Positions 26,830 to 38,931 of a stretch of 64,000 nucleotides of DNA are shown one piece after another. The translations under genes were made by a program, and so were the position numbers. Origin of the DNA: Podarcis melisellensis. Taxonomy: Eukaryota. The notes below the pieces were generated by a model. It ran no database searches. It was not told the DNA's origin and saw only the letters and a list, made by a program, of their open reading frames with translations. The stretch lies in the NCBI GenBank assembly GCA_964234715.1, contig OZ174275.1; one strand, written 5' to 3'. Within the stretch, counting starts at the first letter, position 1; each line of letters starts with the position of its first letter.

Positions 26830-29800
26830 GTAAACTTTATTTCATAGTAATTTCTTCAAATAATGATGTATGGTAATCTGAAAGTATTTCTTGACAAAAA
26901 ATTCCCTGTTACAATGATAAGCTAACTACACCATTTAGCACTTATTCCAAAAAGTGTTTTGTCCCACCTTAGGCTTATAATATTAAATAGCAGAGTGGAA
27001 GAGCACTTAATAACTATTTCATCCTCTGTTGATTAGCCATTGAAAATATTCTTCCAGTCACTTTGCTGTGGGGAATGGCTGGGGGAGGTATTTTGGGAGG
27101 AGAGTCAGCATAAATTGTTGAACACCTCTCTCTTTTCTGTTGATTCTGTCTACAAATGGACCCACTCAACCTTTTGTGTTTCATTAGCAAACATTGGCTT
27201 GGGAATTCTTGTTTCCCAAGAAAATGTGTAGCACTACCATAAGTGGGCTATACTGTCATAAGAACAGTAAATATTAAATTGTAAAGGCTTCAGCGTCAGA
27301 GCTGTACAATTTACTACACAGGTTTTCAAGAAGTATCCTTTCCATTTATACAAGAAAGCTTTATAAATTTATCTGAATATAGAAGCGTTTATATAGGTTG
27401 AATGAATTGTACTTAGATCCCTCTAGTGAAAGCATGGAATTGAATCAAGCTGTTGACTTGCTTATCCATGTGCGTAATAAGTAAAGTAAGCACTTGAGAT
27501 TATATCAGCTTCACTGTCACTATAAACTAATCGTTATGAAGGCAGCATGTAAGAAACAAGCCCAGTGGTCAATTCTACAGAGTTTACGGTTGTTAGTGTT
27601 TTGTGAATTATATTTCTCCCTAGGCTAGCTATTTTCTTGTGCAGAATAATGGTATGGTGAAATCTCTAAAATTACATGCAATATTTTGGTGTCCATAGGA
27701 ACTTGCTTTGTTTGGCTTTAGTATTTTATATATCTGATAAGTGTAGTGAACTGCCTAGTAAGTTCAGGCTTATTCTAAGGAATATAATTGGAATATGACA
27801 AAATGATTTTACAAGGCTTGGCATGTTTGGTTTTCTTTGTAATTGCACAGACATGTCTATGTATTCATATCAGAGAGAAGATTTATATATGATGACATGC
27901 CAAATCAAAGACCCTCCAGGACGGTTATGTGACCTCATCAATTTTTATTAATATGAAGCTTGATATAGCATGTTGAACCATCACAAAACAGACTTAGTTC
28001 ATATGTGGAGGTAGGGGGAAGGAATACCAAAATTTGAAAAAACTGATATTTTTGAGAAGTACAGTTAAGCTTCCCAGTTTGCTCCAATAATATACCATGT
28101 TTCATTTTATATTATAATGGAGGTTATATCTGATGAAAATTGATGTGAGGTGTAATCCAATTTAAACTGGTGGTTGCATAGCTAAAGCTTTATTAGCTAA
28201 GACCGGACTGAGGTCAGAGTTGGGAACTACAAGTAAAAACTCTCTAAGGTATCATTGGGAATGTTCAGCCTCCTGGCAAAACTGTTTGGTCATGAGTAAT
28301 TGTGGTAGAGCAGATATCCTTATACGTTCCTGATGCATGCATAATTCTAGTGTTTGCCATACACCTCTGAACAACTAAATGCCAAGTGCTTATGCTCCAG
28401 TTCCAGCCACTCTTTAAAACTACCTTGCAATCCTTGTCTCTGAATTCAGCCTGTCCATCAGTCAAATATTCATTAGCTGCAATTCCTACATTGCGGGGGA
28501 TGGACTACATGATCCTTGGTGTCCCTTCCAACTCTACAATTCTATGATTCTATGAATCATTTCTCCATTACCTACCTTGTCACTTCTGTTTGTCAGTACC
28601 TTCCTCTCTGCCTTGCGTGAGTCTGGACAGAATTCAAAGGGCTGCAAATGCATGAGGGTTTTTCGGCATCCACTTCCAGGGCAGTCAGTCATGAACCACA
28701 AACAAGCTGTCCCCAAAGATCAGAGGCACTCTCTAGGACAGCAGTCTACTAGGGGACCATAACTGGAAAGGAAAATTGGCACGTGCTCAAATCCATACAG
28801 AAGTGCTTTGCACACAGAAAGCTGTGTTCATCCTGTCAACTGCTCCTGCTCGCCTATTTCCTAGCTGGCACAATTTATTTATTTAAGGCAACTTGTATCA
28901 GGGCTTTCATACCTAGCACCAGAAGTTTGCATGGTGCAGCAAATGCCATCATCTCTTTGTTTTTGGTTTTTAAAGTTTTATTAGCACTAGAATTAGGATT
29001 CTTATTTTAAGGTCAATTACGTGTTTCAGGGCACAGCTCTGATAAGAAAAGTGCCCAGCCCTGTCCCTACAGCACCACTGCCACTCCCCACTCCATTCTT
29101 TGGTAAGCTTGTGGGGTGCGCCAGGGAAGTGCTGAAAGGACCAGGAAGGTATCTTGCCCAAGCCTCCCTGAAACCTTACACCAGTCATGACACCAGTCCA
29201 GTATATCTTTTCCTGAGGACTAGTTGGAAAATAAAGAGCAATTTTTGGGGGGGGGGGAGAAAGTCATTTTATACATATGTTATGTTTCCAGATTAAATTG
29301 GTAGGTATCAACCCAACATACCAGAAAATTAAATCTCAGTATCAAAAGTATAGGTAAATGTATCCTAACTAGTAATCAATATTTTTAAAATAAAATGTAT
29401 CTTGTAACTTCCACACAAGCATAGGGAAGTGAGTAGTGGTAGAGAAATTTGAGAGATCCACATTAGTTTCATCCCCTTCATGCTGCCTTGGAAATTTTAA
29501 AGGTGTTAGGAGGATCACTGACTTGCAGTTTCACAAATCTAATGTTGCAGGTGCATTGTCTGGGCAGCAAATTCCAGAGGCTTGGGTATTTGTTTAACTA
29601 TTTTATTTGTAATTGTCTAACCATTTGATAGGCAAAGTAAAAACAATAGGTATTCTGTAGCTTGTATCAAGCAGGTAAAGTGTGTGCTCCTTTACCCGGC
29701 TGTCCCCCACCTCTCTCTCTCACACACATATACTCCCTCTTTTAATGAATGAACTGCTTGTATTCTTAGGGCAATATATAAACTGTCACAGCATGAAATC

Positions 29801-32800
29801 AATTTTCTGCCTTGATTCATCCTAAATCTGAGAATTTCTAGCACATTAGTATTGCAATTAGAAACGTTAACGGCAGACGGTAGCATAAAGACATATTCTG
29901 CTCCATGACAACTTAGGTTATTTCTCCTTGTGCAGGCTAGCTCATAGGAATCCAAGGAAAAGGTAGGCTTGAAACCACATTCAGCTAATAAATTTATTAC
30001 CTCACGCTTAAGAGAAATGTATTTTTTCCTCCCTTTTGCTCTGTCTCTGTGGTCATGCTGCTGCTAAGATAGATTATTCATGCTTACTTGATTCAGGTGG
30101 GCTTTTTGCAAGCTTCCCCACTAGGCCTGGGAATGTGGTACATTGAGGTCTATTCATAGGCTTCTGACATAGCCAGGCTTTTATTGCCTGGTGTTTTATT
30201 GCGACCAAATCCTAGTCTCCACCCAGTTTGTAGGCACTGTGCTTATTCTTTAGAATCAAGAAAGGTTATCACCTACCTTAATCCATGCAACTGTGTGGAT
30301 TAGGGAGACCAGTGTTCCCCAGGATTCTCAAAGAGGATCCTGGAAACTTCTTGTTTCTTCTCTTTTGCTGTCTGTACTAAACTCTCTTGGGCCTCAGTGA
30401 GGATTTGCATCTGAAATAGGCAACCTGGAGCTTTTCTCAATGAAGACATCAGATCAAAGTTCAGTTAGTCAAGGCCTTTCTAAAACATTAAGGGGGCTTG
30501 GACTTACACAATAAAAAGATGAGCTCTGGCAGAGATTGCAGTAAAAACATTCTGATCAGTAATCCGGATAAAGGATAGATTATAGGGCAAAGAACAGCTC
30601 TTGTTTAAATTGCTTTGAGAACGCCCAAACGAAATAACTTGGAACTTCTGAATTTATTTTTAAACAATACTCATATTTTATTTTATTTTATTTTATTTTA
30701 TTTTATTGTCAGATTTTGTTCTATTTTATTACACTTTGTAACATTTAATAACGAAAATAAAAACACAGATAGCATTTTTTTAATAATTGCTAAGTACTTT
30801 CTGCATTCTGGTGTAGTATAAGAAACCAAGGTTATAAAAAAAATTGTTTCTTGTTAGCAGTGTTGAATTTGTTACTGTTTTTATTTTTTGCTTATTAAAG
30901 CTTTACTTTTTCTGTTACCTTAGTTTTTTTCAAACAATGTATTGTTGGAATACAGTTTTAACGATCATGTTTTACTGATTGTTTTTAAAATAAAAACCAT
31001 AATATACACAGAGATTTGATTAATTTTTGAATTTATATCATTATAAATACAAAAACCTGGTATTCAGCAGAGCAGTTCTTTATGTATGAATGGCCACCCA
31101 CAAGTCTGGCCAGTTTTCTATAAAATGGGCAGGAGGATGTGGAGTTAAGACACACAACAGAACAAGAAGGTTGAGTGACAACGAACAGTGTTTTCTCACT
31201 TTTGTATGCGTGCAAAAGTGGAGCTACACTAACTTCTAGTTTATGTAAAAATTAAAAAACATTCAAATTGTCATTGTGCTACAATACAACTTTTTCACAG
31301 CAAAATTCTGTAGATGTCTACTTAGAAGTAAATTCTGCTGAGTCCAGTGGCACTTAATCGCATGTAAATGTGTCTAAGATTGCGGTCCCAGTAACATATT
31401 GTTCGGTTGTTTTCATGTGTTTGAAACAAGAGAGAGAGAACACAATAGAAGTTATTCCTCAAAATGTTCATGCATGCAGCCATTAATATTTTAGTTACCT
31501 GGCTCATTTACAGTAATTTGAAAGAGTAAAACAAAATTCATATTATTTGTAAAATGACTTTTATTATAAAAGTAATTTGAAAATGTGATTCTTGAACTGT
31601 TCAAAATATCCAAGTGATATTTTGCCTTTTCTCTCTGGTTACTGGACTCTGATGAGAACAAATGGGATGAGGATGCATGTTTCTGCAGTTCACATCTCCA
31701 GTTACACTGGGAACCATTGCACACACAAAAAAGCTGCATTTGCAGTTCCCTGGGGCTTCTTTTCTTCATTCAGCAGTCAAACTGTGTGCACAGTTGCCAA
31801 AACTGGACTGGGAATCATTTTTAGCATCAGTCACATTATTGTGCCTCTTAGTATTGTCAGCAGCAGTCATATTTTTGGCACTTTTGGAATATGACTCCAG
31901 ACCATTTTTCCTTCTCATGATTCTTGAAGGAAAGTGGAACAGGGCTGCTACATAGAGACTTCCCATCCTTCTAAACATGTGATTGGTGTTCTCAAGCTGA
32001 TAGTAATGTCCATGTAATGAGAAGGCTGAACTGTCCAGTGAATCAGGTCATGATTCATAATCTCTCCAGTGCCAGAGGCTATATCCCTCTGAATACCAGT
32101 TGCTGGGGAACATGCCTAGGAAAGTTTCTGGGCTTTCTATAGGCATCCAGTTGGCCACTGTGGGAACAGAATGTTGGACAAAATGGTCCACAATGGCTTT
32201 CTATATGTTTTAGTCAATGTGTCAGCACACTGCTCTTATGCTGTTTTTGTTGTTGTTGTTTTTGTAGAAACATGGTTATTTGAAAGCAAACTATTTTTAG
32301 CTAGGATACTAATCAGTAGGATAAAATATCTTCAGCCTATCAGATAATGCCAAAATTCATGTGTGTCTTTTGTGTATGTAGAAGACTATGTCCACCATAT
32401 GGATATCTGATGGTGGCAGCAGAAATAAATGACCTTTGTTTCTCTTACTGGCTATATGCTGAAACAGCAGGCATAGCTGAACTAGAACATGAGCAAGGAG
32501 ACGCATGAAGTAAACAAAACACAATTGCTGTGTCACCAGTAACATTTGCTGTAGAAAAAAGAGGGCAGACCGAGCTGTAAAATAGCAATTTCAGCTTCAG
32601 CCTGAGTGGAAAGATCAAAATAAAATTACTTTTTATTTTGTTTGGAGGGTGCCTGGAGTACCTCCCTGATAGCCTGGCCTGCATGGTTGCTTAATTCTAA
32701 CATACACAATAATTCCCCAATGGCTGAGGTTTGCTCCATGGGAAAATGTGTGCATGTGTCAAAGAGGGGGGAGGTATTGTGACCGCTTACATTGGTGTAG

Positions 32801-32923
32801 TGTGCTGGCTTTAGTAGTAGTGTACACTTAAAGTGCAGATTATGTGAATAACCTGTTGAAAAAATGGGTATTAAAAATTTTAGTTGCATTTTAACAGGGG
32901 AAACATATGCACTGTTTTCACAG

Positions 32924-33063
32924 GTGACCCCAGCAGCCTGTTCAAAATTTGGACACTACTTTGATTTATCAAAAACAATGGCTCCAGAATTAATCCAGAA
33001 CATAAAGTGGTATGGCTTTCCCCTTCTTGAAGAAAAAGCTTTGCATCCTGACATAAAATCATG
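32924..33063 (+). CDS. ELP4: ELP4 coding exon (equivalent to exon 5)
   Basis: ttttcacag|GTG...TG|gtgagt; 140 nt, phase 0/2. Encodes VTPAACSKFGHYFDLSKTMAPELIQNIKWYGFPLLEEKALHPDIKS (FGHxFDLSK motif). Confidence 0.93.
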
Positions 33064-33887
33064 GTGAGTTTGAAAAGCTTCTAATTTTAGTTGTTTGCAC
33101 AAAAACTGAAGAGGGTTTGGAGGACAAATTTCATAGACACAAAATTGTGAGCAAATAATTCTACTGTCAGGAGTAAGTTGGCCAGGCATCAATATTTATA
33201 GCAAAACCCTTTCCTTGCCATATTCTAAGCTCCACCCCTTGCAGGAGCTTCCTCTCTTAACTGCAGAGATCTTGGACTGGACAATATACATGTTGTAGTA
33301 AGGCTGCTTGTGGTGCTTCTCTGTGGGTCCACAAAATGTAGTAGAACTAATCTGCCAAGACCACTATTATATCTGCTGCAGCTTATTTTTTAAACATCTG
33401 TCTAAATTGAGCATTAATAAATCCTGTTGTCTCTGATTAGTGGAGCTTGTGTGAAAGGAAGACCTGGGCATTGCAAGGGCCCTTGGTGCACCCCATGAGC
33501 TCTGCACACAGACGGTCTGAGGATGACTTGAACAATTAGCTTTCTTCGATATGCAAATTTGCTTTCAATTTGCATATTGAAGTAGTAGGCTGTTTATTGT
33601 TTTAATCTGCTGGTGCTAGAGTTTGTTCTTTAAAATATCTTTACACAATTTTCAATAGAAGCAGAAATATATACTTGCGTTGGGAGAAGAGAGAAAAAAC
33701 GCATAAATACATAAGTAAAAAAAAAAAGAATAGGAAGCATTCTCTGGCATAGTTTTTTTATTAGGATAATTATATATTTTTAAAAAATATTGAATGCTTT
33801 ATATATTTTCTAAAGACCTGCTCAGATATGTGAGCTGCTGTAGGATGGCTTTGTCCTGAAATTCATTACTGGAATAATATATATGTA

Positions 33888-34295
33888 TGTGATGGGACGA
33901 TGAGCTGCTTGTGCGTAAAATGCAAGTCCCTCAGAGTTTGATCAGGTTTTCAAACCTCTGCCTGTGACGGAGCCCCTCCAGCATGGCTGCGTCAATCACT
34001 AGTAGAATCCGAAAGTGGCTGCTTTCGGAAACGTTTCCAACATAAAAGCTCCTTAACGGAAACACGTCGTCTGGCCTCTCGGCGTGACAGTTTCCGTCGA
34101 GGTGTGGGTGTCCCTATAGGAGGTCCTGAGACCTCCCCACTGGTTTCGCTTGAAGCGTCTCTGAGCCATCCCTCCGACTCACTTTCCCTTGGAGTTCTTG
34201 CTCGCCCTCTACTGGTTCCCTCTTCCGCTGCTACTGCTCTCTCAACCTCAGGGAGCCTTTGCACCTGCGGCGCTTTAGATGTCAGTTCCCTGACA
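33888..34295 (-). repeat. 3' LTR (408 bp)
   Basis: Direct repeat of 38978-39385, preceded on the minus strand by the polypurine tract. Confidence 0.97.
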
Positions 34296-37200
34296 TCCAC
34301 CTCCCCTCCAGGGCCCCCTTCACCCCCTCCCGTCTCCTCTCCTACTGGCGGTGAGGAGGTAAAACCCCTGAAAGAACCTCCCTCATCTTCCGACGTCGCG
34401 AACACTTCCTTCCACTTGTTGCTGTTCCTACTCTCTAGGTACTCTTCGTCATCAGAGTCCACTCCATCTTCCAACTCCGACTCCGCGAACCCTTCCATTT
34501 CCTCTTCCTCATCGGTGGTGCCGAAATACTCCCTCCTAAACCTTGCTATAGGCTGAGGTTTCCTCGGGAACCTTTGGTGGAACGTTTCTGTTAAAACCTC
34601 GTCATTGACTTCCTCTGCACTTACCCAGGTGTTTTCTGACTCCGGTTCCCCTTCCCACGCCACCAAATACTCCACCTGATTACCCTTCCACCTGGAATCG
34701 AGGATTTCCGCTACATGGTTGCGGCGTTCCCTCTCTTCCAAGGCTGGTCCCCTGACGTGCTCCCCTTCACGTCCCCCCCTGTATGGTGACAGTAACGACC
34801 TGTGGAACACTGGGTGCAATTTCATGTGGTTGGGTAATCGGAGTTTGAAAGCTACCGGGTTGACCTGCTGAATCACCTCAAAGGGTCCCAATCTTCTGGG
34901 CCTCAGTTTCTTACAACCCCCTTTGAACGGCAACCCTTGGGTTGACAACCACACTTGATCCCCCACCCTTATGGTTTCACCTTCCCTTCTGTTCTTGTCT
35001 GCCTGCTTCTTATATTGTGCCTTGGCCCTTTCTAAGTTAAGCTGGAGCTGCTGATGGATGGCTTCCATCTCTTCTACAAAATGTTCAGCCGCTGGAACGC
35101 TCCATCTCTCCCCTCCTTCCCCTGGAAATGCCCTGGGGTGACACCCGTAATTAGCCAAAAAGGGACTCATCCCTGTGGACACATTCTCCGCATTATTGTA
35201 GGCAAATTCTGCCAACGCCAACTTTTCGACCCAATCGTTCTCTCTGTCATTGACATAACACCTAAGATATTGTTGAAGAATGCCATTTGCCCTTTCCGCC
35301 TGCCCGTTGGTTTCAGGGTGCCGGGCAGTTGAAAAATTAACTTCCACGTGTAGCAAGCTCATGAGCTTCCTCCAGAACCTGGAAGTAAATTGTTTGCCTC
35401 GATCTGAGATCACCCTCGAGGGAGCCCCGTGCAACCTAAAGATATGTTCCACAAACAACTTCGCCGTTTCTTCCGCTGTGACTGCATGTGAGCATGCTAC
35501 AAAATGGCACATCTTAGTTAACAGGTCTACTACTACCATGATGGCTGTTTTCCCCTTGGACCTTGGCAGATCCGTCATAAAATCTATTGATATCGCTTCC
35601 CAAGGCCGTTCTGGTGTGGGTAAAGGTTCTAATAACCCTGCCGGCGCCCTTCTTTCCCCTTTGGCTCGCTGACATTGGTCACACCCTCTTACATACTCCC
35701 TTACATCTTCCCTCACCTTAGGCCACCAAAATTCCCTGGTAACCAACCACATGGTTTTGTGTTGCCCAAAATGTCCCGCCGTGGGGCTATCATGCAACTG
35801 CTTGAGTACTCTCCCCCTCAATTCACCTTCGGGTATATACAGTGCCCCTTTGTAATACAATGCCCCATTTCTTTCCTCAAAACCTCCGGGGCTCTCGCCC
35901 TCCCCCCTGAGACCTCTGAGCTTATCCTGGGCATATTCATCATTTTCCGTTTCCTCCACCAGTTCCCGTTGCCCCACCAGCGCCGCCCCACACACCCAGC
36001 GGTCCTCCGGGATGACATGTCTCTCTTCGATCACCTCCTCCCCTTCCCAATATTCTGGTTTGCGTGAGAGCGCATCCGCCCTGACGTTTTCTGGGCCTGG
36101 CACATAACAAATCTCAAAGTTAAATTTGGAGAATTCCTGTGCCCATCTCACTTGTCGTTGGTTGAGCACTCGAGCTGTTCTCCAATACTCTAAATTTTTG
36201 TGGTCGGTGCACACTTGCACCTTGTGTTGTGCCCCAATTAATAAATGTCTCCACCTCCGGAATGCTTCGTGAATGGCAAGTAGTTCCCTGTCATACACCG
36301 TGTAATTCCTCTCGGACTTATTCAGTTTCCGCGAGAAGAATGCACACGGTCTCCACTCCGACGCACTCCTCCCCGGTTGAAGAAGGACCGCCCCTATAGC
36401 CCGGTCGGATGCATCTGTTTCCACTCTCATGGGTTTTTGTAAATCCACATGCAGAAGTTGTTCTTCCGAGGCGAAAGCCCTTTTCAGTTCTTCAAAGGCT
36501 CGATCCGCCTCCACCGTCCAAACAAATTTCTTCTTGCTGCTGAGGCAGTCGGTGATGGGCGCCGTCAAGTGGGCAAAGTTCTTGATGAACTTCCGATAAA
36601 AGTTCCCAAACCCCAAGAATCTTTGCACGTCCTTCTTGGTCTTCGGTGTCTTCCATTCCAGTACCGCTTGAACCTTGCCTGGATCCATGGCCAATCCCTT
36701 GTCTGACAAGCGGTACCCCAGGAATTCCACCTCCTTGGTATGAAACTGGCACTTCTCCAGTTTCACCCACAGCTGGTTGGCTTGCAGCCTGCCCAACACT
36801 TCTCGAACGTCCCTCACATGCTGTTCCTCATCTTCCGAATACACCAACACGTCGTCTAAAAAGGCCACACAGTTCTTGTAGAGCAAAGGTCCCAGAACGT
36901 GGTTTATAAAAGCTTGAAAACAGGCGGAGCCCCCTTGTAGACCGAAGGGCATAACGAGGTATTCAAAGGCTCCCAAAGGGGTAAACATGGTGGTCTTCCA
37001 TTCATCTCCCTTCCTTATGCGTATCAGATTGTACGCCCCCCGCAGGTCCAGTTTTGTAAAAATCTTTCCCTTCCTTACTCTGGTCAAAATGTCGTCAATT
37101 CGGGGCATAGGGAAAGCCAGGGGCTCCGACACTGCATTGAGGGCCCTGAAGTCACACACCAGTCTCGGTTTGTCTGTGTTCTTTTTGTCCACAAAGAACA

Positions 37201-37972
37201 CTGGGCTGCCCCCCACCGCTCGGGACTCTCTGATGAAACCTCGCTTCAAGTTTTTGTCAATGAACTCCCTCAGCTCCTGCATCTCCCTGTCTGACATGGC
37301 GTACAGCTTGCCTACTGGGAGTTGGGCCCCTGGGAGTAGGTTGATTTGACAGTCAAAGGGTCTATGCGGTGGCAGTTTGTCTGCTTCCCTTTCGCTGAAT
37401 ACGTTGCTCAGATCTGCGTATTGCGGGGGCACCTTCCCTTTGCCCATCACTTCCATCCCCGCTAGGGTGACTCTGTCTCCTCCCGAGACCTTCCCCTCCT
37501 TGCAGTGTTCTAGGCAATGCGCTGACCCAAAGGAGACCACCCTCTGATGCCAGCCCACTAGCGGATCGTGTAGCGCCAGCCAGCTCATCCCCAAAATGAT
37601 GGGCGCTCCTCCCAGGATGGCCACATTAAACGCTATCTGTTCGGTGTGCCTTGCCACTCTCATTATCATCGGGACAGTCTGTTGGCTAACTTCTCCCCCC
37701 AACAGCTCTCTGCCGTCAATCGTAGTCACCTGCAAGGGGTTACTTAAAGGGATGGTCTGTATCTGGTGCTCAGCTGCAAACTCCTTACTCATGAAATTAC
37801 AGGAGCTGCCTGAATCCAAAAGCGCCTTGACCTTTAGTGGGTGTCCGTTTGGCAGTTCTAGTAACACCTCTATCACTAAAGCAGGTCTGGGAGGTTCTGG
37901 CATGGGCACTTTCATTGCTCTTTGGCCTGGCTGCTGTGCCCCGACGGTGGCAGCCAGGCGTTGGCTTTTACT
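33992..37972 (-). CDS. pol: Pol polyprotein (protease, RT, RNase H, integrase, chromodomain, acidic/basic tail), expressed by -1 frameshift from gag
   Basis: Protease LLDSGS; RT KLDLRGAY, MPFGL and FLDD; RNase H TDAS and TDHKNL; integrase H..H/C..C, IDF, SDRG..F, NGQAER and GPF; chromodomain EILDSR..VEYLVAWEG..ENTW. The start shown is the inferred slip site. Confidence 0.95.
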   Translation of the reverse strand, partial: SKSQRLAATVGAQQPGQRAMKVPMPEPPRPALVIEVLLELPNGHPLKVKALLDSGSSCNFMSKEFAAEHQIQTIPLSNPLQVTTIDGRELLGGEVSQQTVPMIMRVARHTEQIAFNVAILGGAPIILGMSWLALHDPLVGWHQRVVSFGSAHCLEHCKEGKVSGGDRVTLAGMEVMGKGKVPPQYADLSNVFSEREADKLPPHRPFDCQINLLPGAQLPVGKLYAMSDREMQELREFIDKNLKRGFIRESRAVGGSPVFFVDKKNTDKPRLVCDFRALNAVSEPLAFPMPRIDDILTRVRKGKIFTKLDLRGAYNLIRIRKGDEWKTTMFTPLGAFEYLVMPFGLQGGSACFQAFINHVLGPLLYKNCVAFLDDVLVYSEDEEQHVRDVREVLGRLQANQLWVKLEKCQFHTKEVEFLGYRLSDKGLAMDPGKVQAVLEWKTPKTKKDVQRFLGFGNFYRKFIKNFAHLTAPITDCLSSKKKFVWTVEADRAFEELKRAFASEEQLLHVDLQKPMRVETDASDRAIGAVLLQPGRSASEWRPCAFFSRKLNKSERNYTVYDRELLAIHEAFRRWRHLLIGAQHKVQVCTDHKNLEYWRTARVLNQRQVRWAQEFSKFNFEICYVPGPENVRADALSRKPEYWEGEEVIEERHVIPEDRWVCGAALVGQRELVEETENDEYAQDKLRGLRGEGESPGGFEERNGALYYKGALYIPEGELRGRVLKQLHDSPTAGHFGQHKTMWLVTREFWWPKVREDVREYVRGCDQCQRAKGERRAPAGLLEPLPTPERPWEAISIDFMTDLPRSKGKTAIMVVVDLLTKMCHFVACSHAVTAEETAKLFVEHIFRLHGAPSRVISDRGKQFTSRFWRKLMSLLHVEVNFSTARHPETNGQAERANGILQQYLRCYVNDRENDWVEKLALAEFAYNNAENVSTGMSPFLANYGCHPRAFPGEGGERWSVPAAEHFVEEMEAIHQQLQLNLERAKAQYKKQADKNRREGETIRVGDQVWLSTQGLPFKGGCKKLRPRRLGPFEVIQQVNPVAFKLRLPNHMKLHPVFHRSLLSPYRGGREGEHVRGPALEERERRNHVAEILDSRWKGNQVEYLVAWEGEPESENTWVSAEEVNDEVLTETFHQRFPRKPQPIARFRREYFGTTDEEEEMEGFAESELEDGVDSDDEEYLESRNSNKWKEVFATSEDEGGSFRGFTSSPPVGEETGGGEGGPGGEVDVRELTSKAPQVQRLPEVERAVAAEEGTSRGRARTPRESESEGWLRDASSETSGEVSGPPIGTPTPRRKLSRREARRRVSVKELLCWKRFRKQPLSDSTSD
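34296..34309 (-). other. Polypurine tract (PPT) of the LTR element
   Basis: Minus strand GGAGGGGAGGTGGA directly abuts the TGTCAGG start of the 3' LTR. Confidence 0.85.
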
Positions 37973-38931
37973 TGCTCCTTGCTTTCCTCTTCCTTTCCCC
38001 CAACAGCTCCTGCCATCCCTTGCCATTCCTTTCTTTGTGGGCAGACTCTGGCAAAGTGCCCTGGCTGTTGGCAGAGATAACATCTCTTGGCGCTCTTTCC
38101 CTCCTTCTTCCGCCCTTCACTGGGATTTGAAACTGCGCGCGCCCGCGCTGTTCCAACTTCCATCGGCTCTGCCGGCGGGAAAGATGGCTCTGGAATGTCT
38201 GGAATGCGGAACTCCCTCCAACGGTCTCCTTTCCCTTCCCGCCTTTCCAAAGCCCTCGCCTCCTGGCGCGCTCCTATGGCCAGCGCAGATTTGGTTAATT
38301 GGTCCATAGACTCCGCCCTGGGCCCCCGGGAAAGCTCATCTTTGACGGTTGAAGAAAGCCCCTCTTCGAAAAGCATTTGGATGGGCTCCGCCGATAGGTC
38401 CCACCCCAATTTATGAATCAGCATAGTAAATTCAGTCCAGTACTCACGGACAGATCTGCTTCCTTGCTGGCAAGCCATTAACTGCCTTCGCACCACCCCC
38501 TGCTCAATATCGCTGGAAAACATCAGGTCCATGGCACGAAAAAACTTCCTCGTGTCCTTTAAGATCTCATTATTCGCTGCCATCAGGGGTCTAACCCAAT
38601 CTTTCGCCCCGGATTCGAGATGGCCAATCACATACGCCACTCGCGATTCCTCGTCGGGGAAGTCATCAAACTGCAAGTTTAGAGCGTATTGCATCTCTGT
38701 TCTAAAGGCATGATAGTTCCTGGGATCCCCCCCGAATTTCTGCACCAATCCTGGTACCTTTCTGGCGAGCGGGGTGGTTTTCTCCTTTCCCTTTTCTGCA
38801 TCCTGAGCCCTCCTCTCCTCAAGCCTCGCCGTTTGCAGCGCCAACTGGATCTCCAACGCTCTGTACCTTTCTTCCAGGCTTGGACCCCCTCCAGCTGCTC
38901 CTGCACCCCCGGTTCCGGCTGGGTTGCTCAT
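37912..38931 (-). CDS. gag: Gag (339 aa; capsid plus CCHC zinc knuckle), sushi/PEG10-like
   Basis: ATG at 38931 (MSNPAGTGG, A at -3). Retrotransposon Gag motifs FGGDP..Y..F, QGSRSVREY..EF and F.EGL, and knuckle CYLCQQPGHFARVC. Confidence 0.92.
   Translation of the reverse strand: MSNPAGTGGAGAAGGGPSLEERYRALEIQLALQTARLEERRAQDAEKGKEKTTPLARKVPGLVQKFGGDPRNYHAFRTEMQYALNLQFDDFPDEESRVAYVIGHLESGAKDWVRPLMAANNEILKDTRKFFRAMDLMFSSDIEQGVVRRQLMACQQGSRSVREYWTEFTMLIHKLGWDLSAEPIQMLFEEGLSSTVKDELSRGPRAESMDQLTKSALAIGARQEARALERREGKGDRWREFRIPDIPEPSFPPAEPMEVGTARARAVSNPSEGRKKEGKSAKRCYLCQQPGHFARVCPQRKEWQGMAGAVGGKEEESKEQVKANAWLPPSGHSSQAKEQ

Noticed and set aside
36850-36865. FLDD instead of YxDD as an inactivating RT mutation
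   Set aside because: F at this position occurs in functional RTs (for example FADD in L1), and both catalytic aspartates are intact.
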